NCBI RefSeq assembly: GCF_021028975.2
Contig: NC_059436.1
Coordinates: 3,038,001-3,102,000 of the forward strand
Length of the DNA: 64,000 nt
Direction: 5' to 3'
Source: Sphaerodactylus townsendi
Lineage: Eukaryota
The translations under genes were made by a program, and so were the position numbers. The notes below the pieces were generated by a model. It worked only from the letters and a program-made list of their open reading frames with translations. It was not told the DNA's origin and searched no databases. Positions 1 through 12,584 of this stretch are shown piece by piece. Position 1 is the stretch's first letter; every line of letters begins with the position of its first letter.

Positions 1-1659
1 CTTTCTCTGTCTCACTGAAGCAGGAGGTGTTTCAAAAAATGGGAGAGGAGTAGGGATGCCAGGTGGGCCCTGGGGATCCCTTGGATTTACAGCTGATCTC
101 CAGATGGCAAAGGTCAGTTCCCCTGGGAAAAATGGATTCTACATAGGGTGGACTTTATCACACTGTACCCTGCAGAGGTCCCTGTTCTTCCTAAACTCCA
201 TCCCCAAATCTCCAGAGGTTTCTCAGCCTGCATCTGGCAACCCTATCTCCCTTCTGGTGGCCATAGGAAGGGGACCTGGTAGCCCTAAAGAACAGCAGTA
301 ATCAACGTTCTTTTATTCTATTAAAATTGGAAATCCAAGTTGCCCATTTGCGTCTGACAGTGGTTTTGTGCTTTTGACGGCTATATGAGAAACAACCGTT
401 CAATGGTTGAACTATTTTCCTGGCAGGAAAGCATTTTTGCCTCTTCTGCAGTTGCTAAAAAATACAGGAGCCTTGCTGGGGGGAAAAAAGCAGTTGGTAA
501 CCCCAAAGCCAATAGAAATCCATGCCCTGAAGCAGAATTATGGACTCCAACCTGGTGCTGGGGAATTGGGCACCTGATATTCATTTGAAAAGCCCAGCTG
601 CGGGAAACTTGCAACCAGAGGTTACTTAAAAACATATTTCTTTGCTATTTATGACCCAGTGGTGTGCCATTTAGTTTACACCATTATCTGCTAGAAAAAT
701 TGCTTACAGGTTTTATATATACCATGCTTTTAGGTTTAACTATATGCCTGGTGTTTTTAATATATTAATGTATCATTGGTTTTTAAATATGCCAGGACTG
801 GGTCAGATACATGCATCCTTCATAAAACAACATTCTTCAGAAAAGTAAAACAAAACAAACTTATAGAACACGATTTCTAAAATGTATGTACAGTATTTTA
901 AAAAGAAAGAAAGAAAAAGGAGAGGGAAAGAACAAATAGGAGGCAATTTACATATCGAACATAAGATTTTCCTAAAAAGAAAAATTCTCTTCAGGCTCAG
1001 TTTTACTAATCTGTTATGCTAGATGGCAGCATTGAGCAGCAAGCTTGCAGCAGTAAGGGGGGGGGGACTCTGTGTTGGAGCTGGGGTTGGTATCATATAA
1101 GCCTCATGTTGAGACGGGGCTTATAATTCTCCTTTCCAGAGAATGAACTAGTAGTTCCCAATCCTTTACAATCCCCCCCCCCCAATTTTGATATTTGATC
1201 AACACTGATCTATTGCTGGATACTCTACCAACTTATGTAACCAATCTTTCACTGTCAGAGTATGTGAAGATTTCTATTCTTTTGCTAGAAGAATTCCTGC
1301 TGCTGTAATCATATATAATAGTCATTTTTTCATTTCCTTTTTGCATAGCTGGTAATCAAGATTATTTTAATATACTCATCTAGTCAGTTAATCGAGGAAA
1401 CACTACAGCTGGAAGGGTTGCAGTTGCAGCTCTAGTCTGTGCTTTTTTCAGGATCTGTTTCTCATTTGCTGCAGCTCGACTTTTAGATGGAGTATGCACA
1501 TTACTCCCATTCTGCAGTTGCTCCAATGTTACCCATTTGTAAATGAGCTCATTTTAAGGTGTCATGGCCCCTCTTCTTTACTGGACTGCCTTTCCACCTA
1601 TGTCAGCTGACTCATGTCAGTAGGGGCTTCTGAAGATGCCAACCTTCAACTGGGCAAAA

Positions 1660-2187
1660 TCAACAGTTTTTGGGCACCACATATACAGTTTTGGGCACCA
1701 CAGTTCAAGAAGGATATTGACAAGCTGGAACGGGTCCAGAGGAGGGCAGCCAAAATGGTAAAAGGTCTGGAATCCATGCCCTTCAAGGAGAGACTTAGGG
1801 AGCTGCGGACGTTAAGTTTGGTGAAGAGAAGGTTAAGAGGTGACATGATAGCCTTGTTTAGATATTTGAAGGGATGTCATGTTGGTGAAGGAGCAAGTTT
1901 GGTTTCTGCTGCTCCAGAGACTAGAAGCAGGAGTAATGGGTTCAAGGTGAAGGAAAAGAGATTCCACCTAAACAACAGGAAAAGCGTCCTAAAAGTAAAA
2001 GCTGTTCAACAGTGGAATACACTACCTTGGAGTGTGGTAGAGTCTCCTTCTTTGGAGGTTTTTAAACAGAGGCTGGATGGACATTTGTCAGGAGTGCTTT
2101 GATTACGAGTTCCTACATTGCAGGGGGTTGGACTTGATGGCCCTTGTGGTCTCTTCCAACTCTATGATTCTATTCTATGATTCTATG
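1660..2187 (+). mobile_element. CR1 LINE 3' fragment (RT C-terminus + 3'UTR)
   Basis: ORF QFWAPQFKKDIDKLERVQRRAAKM...LEVFKQRLDGHLS; (ATTCT[A/G]TG)n tail. Confidence 0.93.
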
Positions 2188-2901
2188 TCCTTTCTCCACT
2201 GTGGCTTCCCAGTTACGGAATGGCCCACTGCAGGTGGGCAGGAAAACTCCCACTGTCTTTTGTTTCCACAAGCTATGCGAAACTTAACTGTTCAAGAGGG
2301 CTTTTCTGTGCAGGTAATAAGGTTGCACAGTACAAAATGGTTTCATCAACATAGTTTGGTGGGACCTCTGTTCAAGAGGGCTTTTCTGGGACCTCTAGTC
2401 TGTAGTACTGTGTATAACATATTGTAAATAAGGTCCTATTGTGTAATTTCTGTACCACTTAACATGTCATGTTAATACCTATGCTATCGTTCTGTCGCTA
2501 GCTGGTGATTCCAGACTTCTAATCTCCTACCTAGTGCATTCATTTTTTAATGCCCCAATTGATTGTATGTACTGACTTACTATGTGTAATCTGCCTTGAG
2601 TCTCTGGGGAAAAGGTGGATTATTTTTTTAAAAAATAAAATAAATAAAATCAGCTGCTTTCACTTGCAAGGGCCAAAGCAGGAACACAGAGAAAGACAGT
2701 ATTCATGAGCAGAGGGAGTGTTTATGAGCCTAAAGTTCCAATTTGCTAGCTCTGGAATCACCAGATCCAGAAAGATCTCCTGAAATTTCAAGGTTGCCAT
2801 CTTATGTGCCCATTTTTGGGAATAAGGCCCCCTGAACTTAGTGGGAGTTTTTTCTGAGTAAATGTGCATAGGATTGAACTGCATGAGTTACAGAAGAAGA
2901 T

Positions 2902-3142
2902 AGGTAAAGGTTGTCCCCTGTTTACTAGGTAGACTATGTTTGTGGAGTGGGTTTCCATTGCCTTCACCTACACTTTACCCCCAGCAAGCTGGGTCCTCAT
3001 TTTAACAACCTTGGGAGGATGGAAGGCGAAGTCAAACTTGAGCCGGCTACCTTGAAACTGACTTCTGTTGTGATTGAACTCAGGTCGTGAGCAGAGCTTG
3101 GACTACAGGACTGCAGCTTACTACTCTGTGCCATGGGGCTCC
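2902..3142 (+). mobile_element. Sauria SINE (internally deleted)
   Basis: aggtaaaggttgtcccctg start; gctgggtcctcattttaacaaccttgggaggatggaaggc core. Confidence 0.8.
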
Positions 3143-5158
3143 TATAGAAGAAGGAGCATGTTGCAAACACAGCTTTCCCTATTATATAGTATCCAAGACA
3201 AGTTATATAGGATCCAAGACAAGTTTACTTAGAAGTAAGTGCCATTTGACTCAATGGGACTTACTCCCAGTTAAGTATCTGTAGAACTGAAGCCACAATG
3301 TTGCCATGCTAGATGAGGTCTGTTGAGAAGGGGCTCAGTAGGTTCTAGCAGGAAAGAGAATAGGAAGAAACCTCTACCACCCCCTTCTTACAAACACTTA
3401 AGGGGACTTAAGCTTGATTAAGTGTGTGGTTGGACACAGGTCACCTCTTTTCCATATACATGTCCAGAAAGTGGTTTACATTTTCAGATGGCAAAACTGG
3501 AGACTTAGGGTCCAAATTTGGAAGTTTGTCCAGGCACAAAGGAAAAGGAACAAGTTTTTATCTCCATTCTAGTTGAATATCATATGTAGCTTGGCCCCTG
3601 AAACTCTCAACCAAGTTTCCCAACCATTTTATAAATAACAACCTAACTACCTTTCTTCTCTTTCACTGTAACGTGCAGTAAAGGGGGGCTAGATGTTCAA
3701 TTTCTTTCAGATCCAGTCTACTCACTTATAAACACACAAGAAGAACCATGCTGCATCAGAAAACTGGGATCCATCTAGTCCTTCTGCATCTTATTTCATA
3801 CCATGACCAGCCCTGGAGGAATAATGAACAAGAGATGGAGGTTCAGACCTTCTCCTGATGTTGCTTCTTAGCACTGGTATTCAGAGATTTGCCACCCCTG
3901 GACATGGGGGTCTCCTTCATCAAACACCTTGTTGCACACAACACCAGTTAAAGCAGCTCACATGTCCTTACAAAAGCTGAAGCACCAGCCTCTTCAGCAT
4001 AGTGCAGCTGTCTTCAGTAGAAGACCATGAGAAATTTGCCTTGCTGTTGCCTTTAGTCACAGGACTGTTGCGCACGGCAGGTTTCCTTCATTTCTGACAG
4101 GCCAGCCAAGTTAAATAGAGATACATTGACTTTGACAAACATGTTGAAAGCAGCAGCAAGAAAGTTGCACAGACAGAACCACAAAGGCAGCAGCGTGTGG
4201 CTCCTGGGCTTATGTTGACATCCCGAAGCACATTGTGGCTTCCTCTGTAAACATTAATTAAAACCATAACTGGCCCTTGTAGTTGAGGTTTTGATGGTTT
4301 TCATTACTGTTTCATCCTCTGCTGTGTAGAATTCCGCACTGGTATTTGCTAAACCACCAGAAAGGAAAACAAAAACAAAACACCCAGTAGCCTGTACTTA
4401 CTAGATGTTGACAGATGCTAGAACACTTATCTAAGATTTTATTTTATCTAGACCACATGTAGACCAGCTTTCAGGCAAAAAAGAGGTGTTTTATAGCATA
4501 TCAAAGCGGGATCCATACGTTGTAAAACTACATAAACACACGATACTGTAAATGCTGGTTTTTAAATGGCCTGCTAATTTCCATTATTTTTATGCTGCGG
4601 ACTAGTTTTTTAAAATCATGTTTTAATTGGTGAGACACCTCCTTCAGGAGTCTCCAGAGACTCCAGAAGAGGTGGGATGTAGGTTTCCTAAATAAATAAA
4701 TACTGTTCAAATCACAGGGGAGAAATCAATACTGTTCACGAAAGGGAGAACTTCAGCATCAGCAGGCATCCTTCCACATCTATCTAATCTGAAGTTCTTC
4801 TGGAAAATGAAGGACTTCAGCCTGATCTTCTAGGAAAGGTTCCACTATAAATCCCTGCATTCCTGTTAAAGTCTCCATAGCACTTTTCTTCTGAGGTCCT
4901 CCATTCCCACAGCCTGCCCATTTCTATGAAAGGTACTCAACCTCAGTTGTGCCCACTCTATGCCTTTCCAAATCTTTCTACTCCCTCCCAGTCTATATTT
5001 TCTGCCAGACAGTTTCAGAGGGTCATCAAGTTGGTCTGCAGTGGAAGAGCAAGATCCAAGTCCAGTAGTATCTTAAAGAGCAGCAAGATTTCCCGGGAAT
5101 GTGTTTTCAAGTGTCAAAGTTCTCTTCATCAGGTATGGTCTCTGACAAAGGGAGCTTT

Positions 5159-5616
5159 TGCTGGTAATTCTCTCTCTGCTAAGATATACCTTTTAATTAC
5201 AGCAGAGTGCACCGAGGCAAAACACAGAGTTTACTGAGGCACGCATGTGTGCTGAAAACAAAAGAAGCTCAGAGCCAATTTATAGTATCTAATAAGGGGA
5301 GCCTTTATTAGTGAGTTCCATTCTGGATAAAAAAAGTGGAAAGATAGGTTCTCTGTTCTAATCCATCTAGCTGGATGGTGAGAGATGCTGTCTCTTCATC
5401 TCTCTGCAGCATGATGCAAGATGGAGGAATGTGTGCAAGAAGGATGGAGAAGGAAGGCAGTTCCCTGAGAATAGCAATCTACACATCAAAGGGGTAGTGT
5501 CAGAGCAGTAGAGAAAAGGTGCCCAGTGTCGTGACCCCCTCTAGCTATCTGACTCACTGATCAATCCCGCTCTGTTATTGAGGCAAGAGACAGCACAAAG
5601 TCCTTCACTTCCAACA
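5159..5616 (-). mobile_element. Solo LTR (~458 bp)
   Basis: TG(CTGG)...(CCAA)CA termini, 5-bp TSD gcttt, AATAAA on the minus strand at ~5303. Confidence 0.75.
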
Positions 5617-6231
5617 GCTTTGACATTCTAAAGCTCTTACCCTGAAAATCTTCTTTGCTCCCAGTTTTTGTCCTCTTTTAGGCCAATTTTGCACACTGAA
5701 ATTCCCCCTCTGTTGGCACGGGGAATGTTCCGATGCAATCAGGAGTTTTGCACAGCCCCTGGTGCTGCTGCATGGCTGCCATGTTTCTGCCCCAGAGCCG
5801 CACCACAGCAATGGCTTTGCTCTGCGAATTTCTTGAACCACAAAGGTTGAGGTCCTTTTGAAATGCCCCTTTGTTGCTCTGGAGGCTTCCGCTGCTGTGC
5901 AAAACTCCCCCGTAGCAGAAACAGGACCAGTTTTCCAGCCTTGCCACTCTGGCCCGCCCCACCAACGGACAGGCACTGAGAAGCGGTGCCCTCATCCCCC
6001 TTTCAGTGAAAAAAAAATGGAGGGAGAAACCTTGGTTTTTATAAAGGAGGAAGAAACCACCACAGAAAAACGGTGTGTGCAGGCACCGCGTACAGGAGAG
6101 TGGCGATTCTCTCGCACACGCAAGAGTTGCAGATGGGGGGGGGCACCAATGTTCAGCAGCTGATTTCTGTTCAGAATCATGCAAAACTGAAATAATGAAA
6201 GTGAGCGGGGGGGGGGGGAATGGGGTGAGAT

Positions 6232-6424
6232 CAGAGGTGGGATCCAACCAGTTCTCACCACTTCTCTAGAAGTGGTTACTAATTTTTTTCTGAGTGCCGA
6301 GAAGGGGTTACTAAAGCAACCTCCCTGACCAAAAGGGACTGGAGGTGCGTGTGTGTGGCGGCGCCACTGTTTGAATCCCACCACCATCGGAACCTGTTAT
6401 TAAATTTTTTGGATCCCACCACTG
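6232..6424. mobile_element. hAT MITE
   Basis: TIRs cagaggtgggatcc / ggatcccaccactg; TSD ggtgagat / ggcgagat. Confidence 0.82.
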
Positions 6425-7525
6425 GGCGAGATTGAGCCAATTCGAACGCAGGAAACGGAGGCTGCCTGCGCATGCGTGAAAGAGACTACAGAAGAGCTTG
6501 CAGTACTTAAGTGATGCTTATGGCAAAGCCCTGGGCTTGTGGGGAACCATTCCTTCACTGGCCGCAAAGGAAAGAGTGGAAAACTACAAGCAGGGTGAGA
6601 AGCCCCGCAGCAGGTACACTCCTAGCTAAGCCACGGAGCATTTAGAATGCAAAATCAGCCATAGGGAAACACTTCTTTTTTCAAGAAACACTCACTTGCA
6701 GGTGTTTCTCTATATCAATTGACCTTAGATCCAGAAACAAAACCCTCTGGCCATTTGCCGCATGTAGCAAGAACATTCTGGCCGGCTCTCCCACTTCCCT
6801 GGTTGACTAAGGAGCTGTATCAATCATTCTGCCTTAACTTATCTCCCTTTACTGGGCCTTCTGTAGGTAGTCAGTTGGAACTCTTATGCTATGCTTGCCT
6901 TCATTGAACTCACATCCTGTTTTGCCCTGGTACAGAATTGCTTCCCCAGACATCCTGATGTATTTGACGGCCCCAAGAAGAACAAGGTAATAATCCAACC
7001 TGGTTGCAAACCCTATTAAATCAGTTGAAGTCACTGGGATTAGGAGGGTATAACTCTTGTGTAGGAATTGCACTGTTAGTGAGAGATCTAAAGTGTGCCA
7101 CATAAAATGAGGTCTATGGAGCACACGCAGTGAACACCTTTCTATCACTGAGTCATTTCAGCCTGGTAAGAAATGTGTGTTTCAGCATGCAAAATGGTCC
7201 TTCTGAACACATCTCCCTCAAAGATCTTTTTAAATGGAGATGCTGGAGGACTTTCTGCATGCCACAGGTGTCCAACTCTGATGCTTCAGGTGTTCATGGG
7301 CTACAATTTCCATCAGCCCCTGCCAGTTGGCCATGCTGGCATGGGCTGATGGGATCGTAGTCCATAAACATCTGGAATGCCAAAGTTGGGCACGCCTGTA
7401 TATACAAAGCATGTGCTTAACCACTGAGCCACCTGCCAGCTACAAAGAAGTCCTTTCAGGCTGTCTGGAAAATCTGAGTTCATTATGCATTTCATCCTCA
7501 TCCTGGTGCGGTATAGTGGTTAGAG

Positions 7526-8345
7526 CAGTGATGGCGAATCTTTTGAGTTCAGCATGTCAAAAATTCAGAAAATGCCTAACAACTCTGGGGGCATGACACC
7601 CTCCCCCCCAAAAGAGAAACAATTATTTACAAAATTATTTACAAAAAATACAATCAAGAAATGACAAATAATTACAAGAATGGCTCAAACACAAACAGGA
7701 GAATAGTTGTTGTTGGGTGCTGGTGAAGGCTGGTGCACCACTCAAAACATTGTGGCCTGTCACCTTTGAAAACACATGTCATAGATACGCCATCACTGGG
7801 TTGAGTCGTTTTGAGGTTCTTTCCAAATCCACAAACATGTGCACATTTTATTAGCACATGTAAAATTAAAGCCATATTACACGTACATTTCACATGTACA
7901 CACGTCACACTTTTAATTTAATATATAAAACTATTTTGTTTTACCACTCTAGCATGACTTAATCTCGAGGCCTGTTATATTTCATAGGTTTCTTTTTTAA
8001 AGAAGTCCAATTGCAACTCTTAAAACTAAATAAATTCACACCTGGCTGGGCTTGTGAACAGAAACCTAATAATTGGTGGTTGAGCTTGTTTCCTATCAGC
8101 ATGGATCAGTGCTTCTCAAAGGGTGGAGCAAGCCGTCCTGGGGAGATGTGGAACATCTGGAAGGAGAATGAGAAATTTCAGGAATAAGATCCTGAGACAG
8201 ATGGTGTCTTTCTACCCTACCAATAAAGATCTGGGTGGAATAAATGCCTTTAGCAATGGACCTTAACTTATCTGTACTGGATTTGTAGGGGGCTCTTGCT
8301 TCCTTTACTACACACTGGAAAGGGAGCTTAGACGTGAGCTGCTTC
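7526..8345 (-). mobile_element. hAT transposon remnant with transposase C-terminus
   Basis: TIR cagtgatggcgaa at 7526; minus-strand KNLKTTQ...SDGVSMTCV resembles the hAT dimerisation tail. Confidence 0.6.
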
Positions 8346-8511
8346 CAGAGGTGTAGCTCCCAAGGGGACAGGGGGTGCATGACACACCGGGTGCGCGCCC
8401 CTGTGGGGGTGTGACAAGGGTGTTCTGGGGTGGGGTGGGGGGGTTCTGGAATGGGGCTGGGCAGAGGACAAACTGGTGCACCGGACACTTTCCTCCCTTG
8501 CTATACCTCTG
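8346..8511. mobile_element. hAT MITE
   Basis: TIRs cagaggtgtagc / gctatacctctg; TSD gctgcttc / tctgcttc. Confidence 0.75.
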
Positions 8512-9104
8512 TCTGCTTCACTCTTACATTTCCCTATGTGGGATTATAGGATGAGGTTAAAGACACCCTGCTTTACATCTGTTCTGATGCCAGAGGATAC
8601 TTTCACTTACGGCTGTAGTTCATTCACAGAGCAACTTCTTGACATACAGAAAGTCTCAAGTTCCATCCCAGATATCTCCAGTTAAAATAATAGGGTAAGA
8701 AGGGATATGAAACTTGGAGAACCGCCACCAGTCAGAGTAGACAGTACTTGACAGACTACTGAGTAAAGTCAACTTCATGTGTGGGAAAAGCTCGGCTATT
8801 TAGAACCTGGTTTGCATGCAGAAAGTCCCAGATTCCATCCACGGCATCCCCTGTGAAAGAATTTCAGTCACCAGGCTGGGGGGGAAATGAACTAACAAAT
8901 AAACTCTGCCTGAGAACTTGGAGAGTGTTGAGTTAGTTGAGAACTTGTTGAGTTAGATGGACTAGTGGGTTGACTGAGTATAGAATAGATTCATATGTTC
9001 CTACAACATTCAGTTGTAGTGATCTCTGCATGCTCAGTGCTGGAACAAATGACTGAATGACAGAATGGCCCAGAAAATAGAGCAAGCAAGGCTTATGCCT
9101 AAAG

Positions 9105-9251
9105 CACAGGTGTCAAACTCGTGGCCCTCCAGATGTTCATGAACTACAATTTCCATCAGCCCTTGCCAGTATAGCCAATGCTCATGTTGGGAGGGACTGA
9201 TGGGAATTGTGGTTCATGAACATCTGGAGGGCCATGAGTTTGACACCCCTG
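9105..9251. mobile_element. Palindromic hAT MITE
   Basis: Whole element folds back on itself; exact TSD gcctaaag. Relatives at ~7264-7398, 12832-12922 and 50845-50940. Confidence 0.85.
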
Positions 9252-11205
9252 GCCTAAAGGCACCTGGTACCCCCGCCTTGCAGCTTGTCTGAGCCTCCTG
9301 GGGACCCCAAGCAGGCTGCCTTCAGGTTTGTGATGGAAAAGAGGCGGAGCATTGTTTATAATAATGTTATTGTATTACTATGAGGCTATTAAAACATTTA
9401 TGTCCCGCTTTTCTCCCTTGTGATAAAAAGTGGTTCATTTCTTCAAAAGGTGTGGGATCTTTTTTTAAAAAAAAAATTAAGCATTTGGCTGCTTTTTTTT
9501 TTGCTCAGCACACGTTGTTCTAAAAACAGGAGTATCAAAGAAACGGGTGGAAACAGAGATGTCTCCTTGAGGATTTTGTAGCATGTGAGCCTGCCCTGCC
9601 CTTCAGAAGCAAAAACAAACAAGTAAACATACCCAAGCACTGTGGTCATGGTCTTCTGAACCTGGAAATACGCTGCCATTTTTTAAATAAAGTTTCTCCC
9701 CCAGCAGCTTTTTTCTTGAAGTCTCACATTGGGCACAAGACCTTCCAAAAGGAAACTTCAGTTAAAACAGCACGTGCAATCACACGTTATATGGATCCGC
9801 CTTTCCCCATAATTCTGATCTCAAGGTGGTTTATAAGCGTACCATAAAACCTGCCAGTAAAATCAACATCCACCTACATGCACTTATATAAAAGGCATAA
9901 TGAGAGCGCAAAACTAAGTTCTGTTTGCACCCACAGAAAGGCTCTTCAAAATAAAACTGGTGGACGCAGCCTGCCAAAGGGAGAAAAAAACAGATGCCAC
10001 TGCTCCTTCCAGCGTCTCTGGGCAATTACTGAGATAACCTATGTTCAAGCCACCATTCTCCTAACCCTTCTATGGGAAGGAACAGAGAAATGCAGAGCTA
10101 GTGCACAGGTTTATAAAAGGAAAACAGGTCATTCAGATAAAGGAGTTCTGGGCTGTGTGAGGCTGCAGAGGTTGAAACCTGTGCCTTAAACTGAGTAGCC
10201 AAACATAGGTCTTACCAGAACAGTATGCTGAAAGCCATCAAGCATTTGCACTGAACATAGTTGGCCAGTGAACATTTTTGACAGCTGCTGTTGCTCAGGA
10301 GACCAGGCCAACACCTGTTATTGGCTCAGATCACCTTTACTGGACACTACTGACCTGAGCACAGTGCCAAACAGCTTTGTGGTTGTGCAGTAGTTGTGGT
10401 GGAGCTTCCTTTCCTTTTCCACCTGCACAGGAGGCGAAATAGCTTTTTCCTCAGGGCCAGGTCATTAAATGATACCAGGTAGGTGGAAAACTACAACTCC
10501 CATGGGACTGTGCAGCAACATGTATGTGCAGACTGTGGTCGATTAATGTTGTTGTGTGTCAGACACAGTGGTAAAGTGTGTTTAAAACATGCACAAAGTG
10601 TTTGTTTATCCAAAAGTGATTGCTTTTATTCACTCTTCATTTACACAGCTGGTAGTAGTGGCAAGTGGGAGACATTAATGTGAACTGCATATGACTATTG
10701 GCATGGGAGACAGTGAATGGGTTTGAGCTGTTTGCAACTAACCTGAACTGCCTGTGGTACAATTGTTTCCCAACTCATGACTGGAAAGGAGCCAAACTGA
10801 CTGGTGCACAAGCATCTCTAACAAGTGTGTGTGCACGCAAGTTGCAGATGACCTGTAGGGTTTTCAAGATAAGAGACCTAAAAACCATGGGTCTTGGCTA
10901 AAAGAGGTGCTGCAATATTTTGTACCAGTTGACATTTCTGGGTTGTCTTTGTGGGCAGCCACACATAATGGACACTGTGATAGCCTAGAATATCATTTTT
11001 AAAAAAAAAAATCTGAATTTTGCATCAAGACAGAGCAGACACTATATCATTATCAATGGCTGTTGTTATTGCATTGTCATCTCATTTTGCAATCTAGTTT
11101 TGTGCATGGGATGCATATCATATATCGTGTAATTGTGTGTATTGCACTGTTGTAGTGGGTTCTTCAATTTCATTACATTGTCGGTTTTATGAACTGCTCC
11201 TATAG

Positions 11206-11995
11206 CCGTGATGGCGAACCTATGGCACGCGTGCCACACATGGCATGCAGAGGCCTCTCGCCGGGCATGCGAGTGCCTGGATCTCCCAGTGCCTGGATCT
11301 CCCCCTCCCCCGAGCAGGTCGCTGCCGCCATTCCCCCTCTGCCTGAGGGAGAAGGCAGCCACCTCCTGAGGGAGAAGGCAGCCACTGCGGGAGCTGGTGG
11401 CGTGGAGTAGGGAACCCCCTCTGCCCGAAGGAGCAGGTGCTTGCCTTCTTCCTCGGGCAGAGGGGGAATGGCAGCGGTGACCTGCTTGGGGCCGCCTGCT
11501 CTTGCGGGACCCTTTTTCGGCATAAAAAACCAAACAAATGCAGAGGCTGGAGTTCCCCTCTCTCTCTGAGAGGAAAAGCTGGAGCCCACTTCTCTCTGAG
11601 AGGCTACCTCTTAGAGAGAGAGTGGCGCTCCAGTCTCCTTTGATCCATCCACCCCCCCACCCCATCAAGCTTTCTCTGCCCATGGATCACAGGGTCCATG
11701 GCCTGCATCTGTGTCTGGCATCTTCAGAGGTGTATCACAGAGGGAAGTCTGTTACACACTGTGATGCACTCTGTGACTTCCCTCTGTGATACACCTCTGA
11801 AGATGCCAGACGCAGATGCAGGTGAAACGTTAGGAGTAAGATCCACCAGACCACGGCCACACAGCCCGGTAAACCCACTAGAACCTGTAAAACCTCAGTA
11901 TTCAGGTTAAATTGCCGTACTGGCACTTTGCAATAAATAAGTGGGTTTTGAGTTGCAGTTTGGGCACTCGGTCTTGAAAAGGTTCGCCATCAATG
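11206..11995. mobile_element. Non-autonomous hAT (Charlie-type) element carrying a Penelope insertion
   Basis: TIRs c(c)gtgatggcgaacct / aggttcgccatca(a)tg; TSD tcctatag / tcctacag. Confidence 0.85.
11702..11890 (+). mobile_element. Penelope-like element 3' end with inverted duplication and minimal hammerhead motif
   Basis: 48-bp inverted arms 11702-11749 / 11775-11822; cct-CTGAAGA...GAAACGTT-agg; ccacggccacacagcccg terminus. Confidence 0.75.
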
Positions 11996-12230
11996 TCCTA
12001 CAGCTTTGGAATGTCAGCGAGAAAGGTGGACTATAAATCAAATAAAAGTCATTTTAGCCATCAGCCTCATGTTGACATGAAGGGGGTGGGACAAAGCTCC
12101 CTCATCTAAGAAACAAAAATTATGTTTGGTAAACCTGCTCCCCTCCTCTGACTTCATCACCTTTGCTTTGCAGCGGCTGCTATAAGTTTGTATAAAAGTT
12201 GCCCCCTCTTAGCTCTTTTTACCTGTGTCA

Positions 12231-12249
12231 TAGCACCACCTGGTGGCCA
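12231..12249 (-). promoter_or_regulatory. CTCF binding motif
   Basis: Reverse complement TGGCCACCAGGTGGTGCTA closely matches the CTCF core consensus. Confidence 0.55.
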
Positions 12250-12283
12250 TTTTACTCATAAGCATCTTAAAAAGAGTATAGAT

Positions 12284-12584
12284 AAAGGTAAAGGTTGTCT
12301 GTCCCCTGTGCGAGCAGTGGGGCATTACTGACTCATAGGGTGACATCACATCATGACATTTACCTGACAGATTTTGTTTAAGGGGTGATTTGCCACTGAT
12401 TTCCCCAGTTGTCTACACTTTGCCCCAAACAAGCTGGGTACTTATTATACTGATCTTGGAAGGATGGAAGGATGAGTCAACCTTGAACTGGCTACCTGAA
12501 GCTGACTTCTGTCGAGATTGAACTCAGGTCATGAGCAGAGCTTTGACTGCAATACTGCAGTTTACAACTCGTAAACTGGGGCTA
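12284..12584 (+). mobile_element. Sauria SINE
   Basis: aaaggtaaaggttgtc...gctgggtacttattatactgatcttggaaggatggaagg...; similar to the copies at 2902 and 27845. Confidence 0.8.

Noticed and set aside
1614-2102. 162-aa ORF as a host gene
   Set aside because: It is the C-terminus of CR1 ORF2 from a 5'-truncated LINE
5660-6790. ORF cluster (123-189 aa)
   Set aside because: Probably a degenerate non-autonomous DNA element plus a MITE; no splice structure or domain similarity seen
11066-11683. 205-aa and neighbouring ORFs
   Set aside because: They lie in the GC-rich, internally repetitive interior of a hAT MITE
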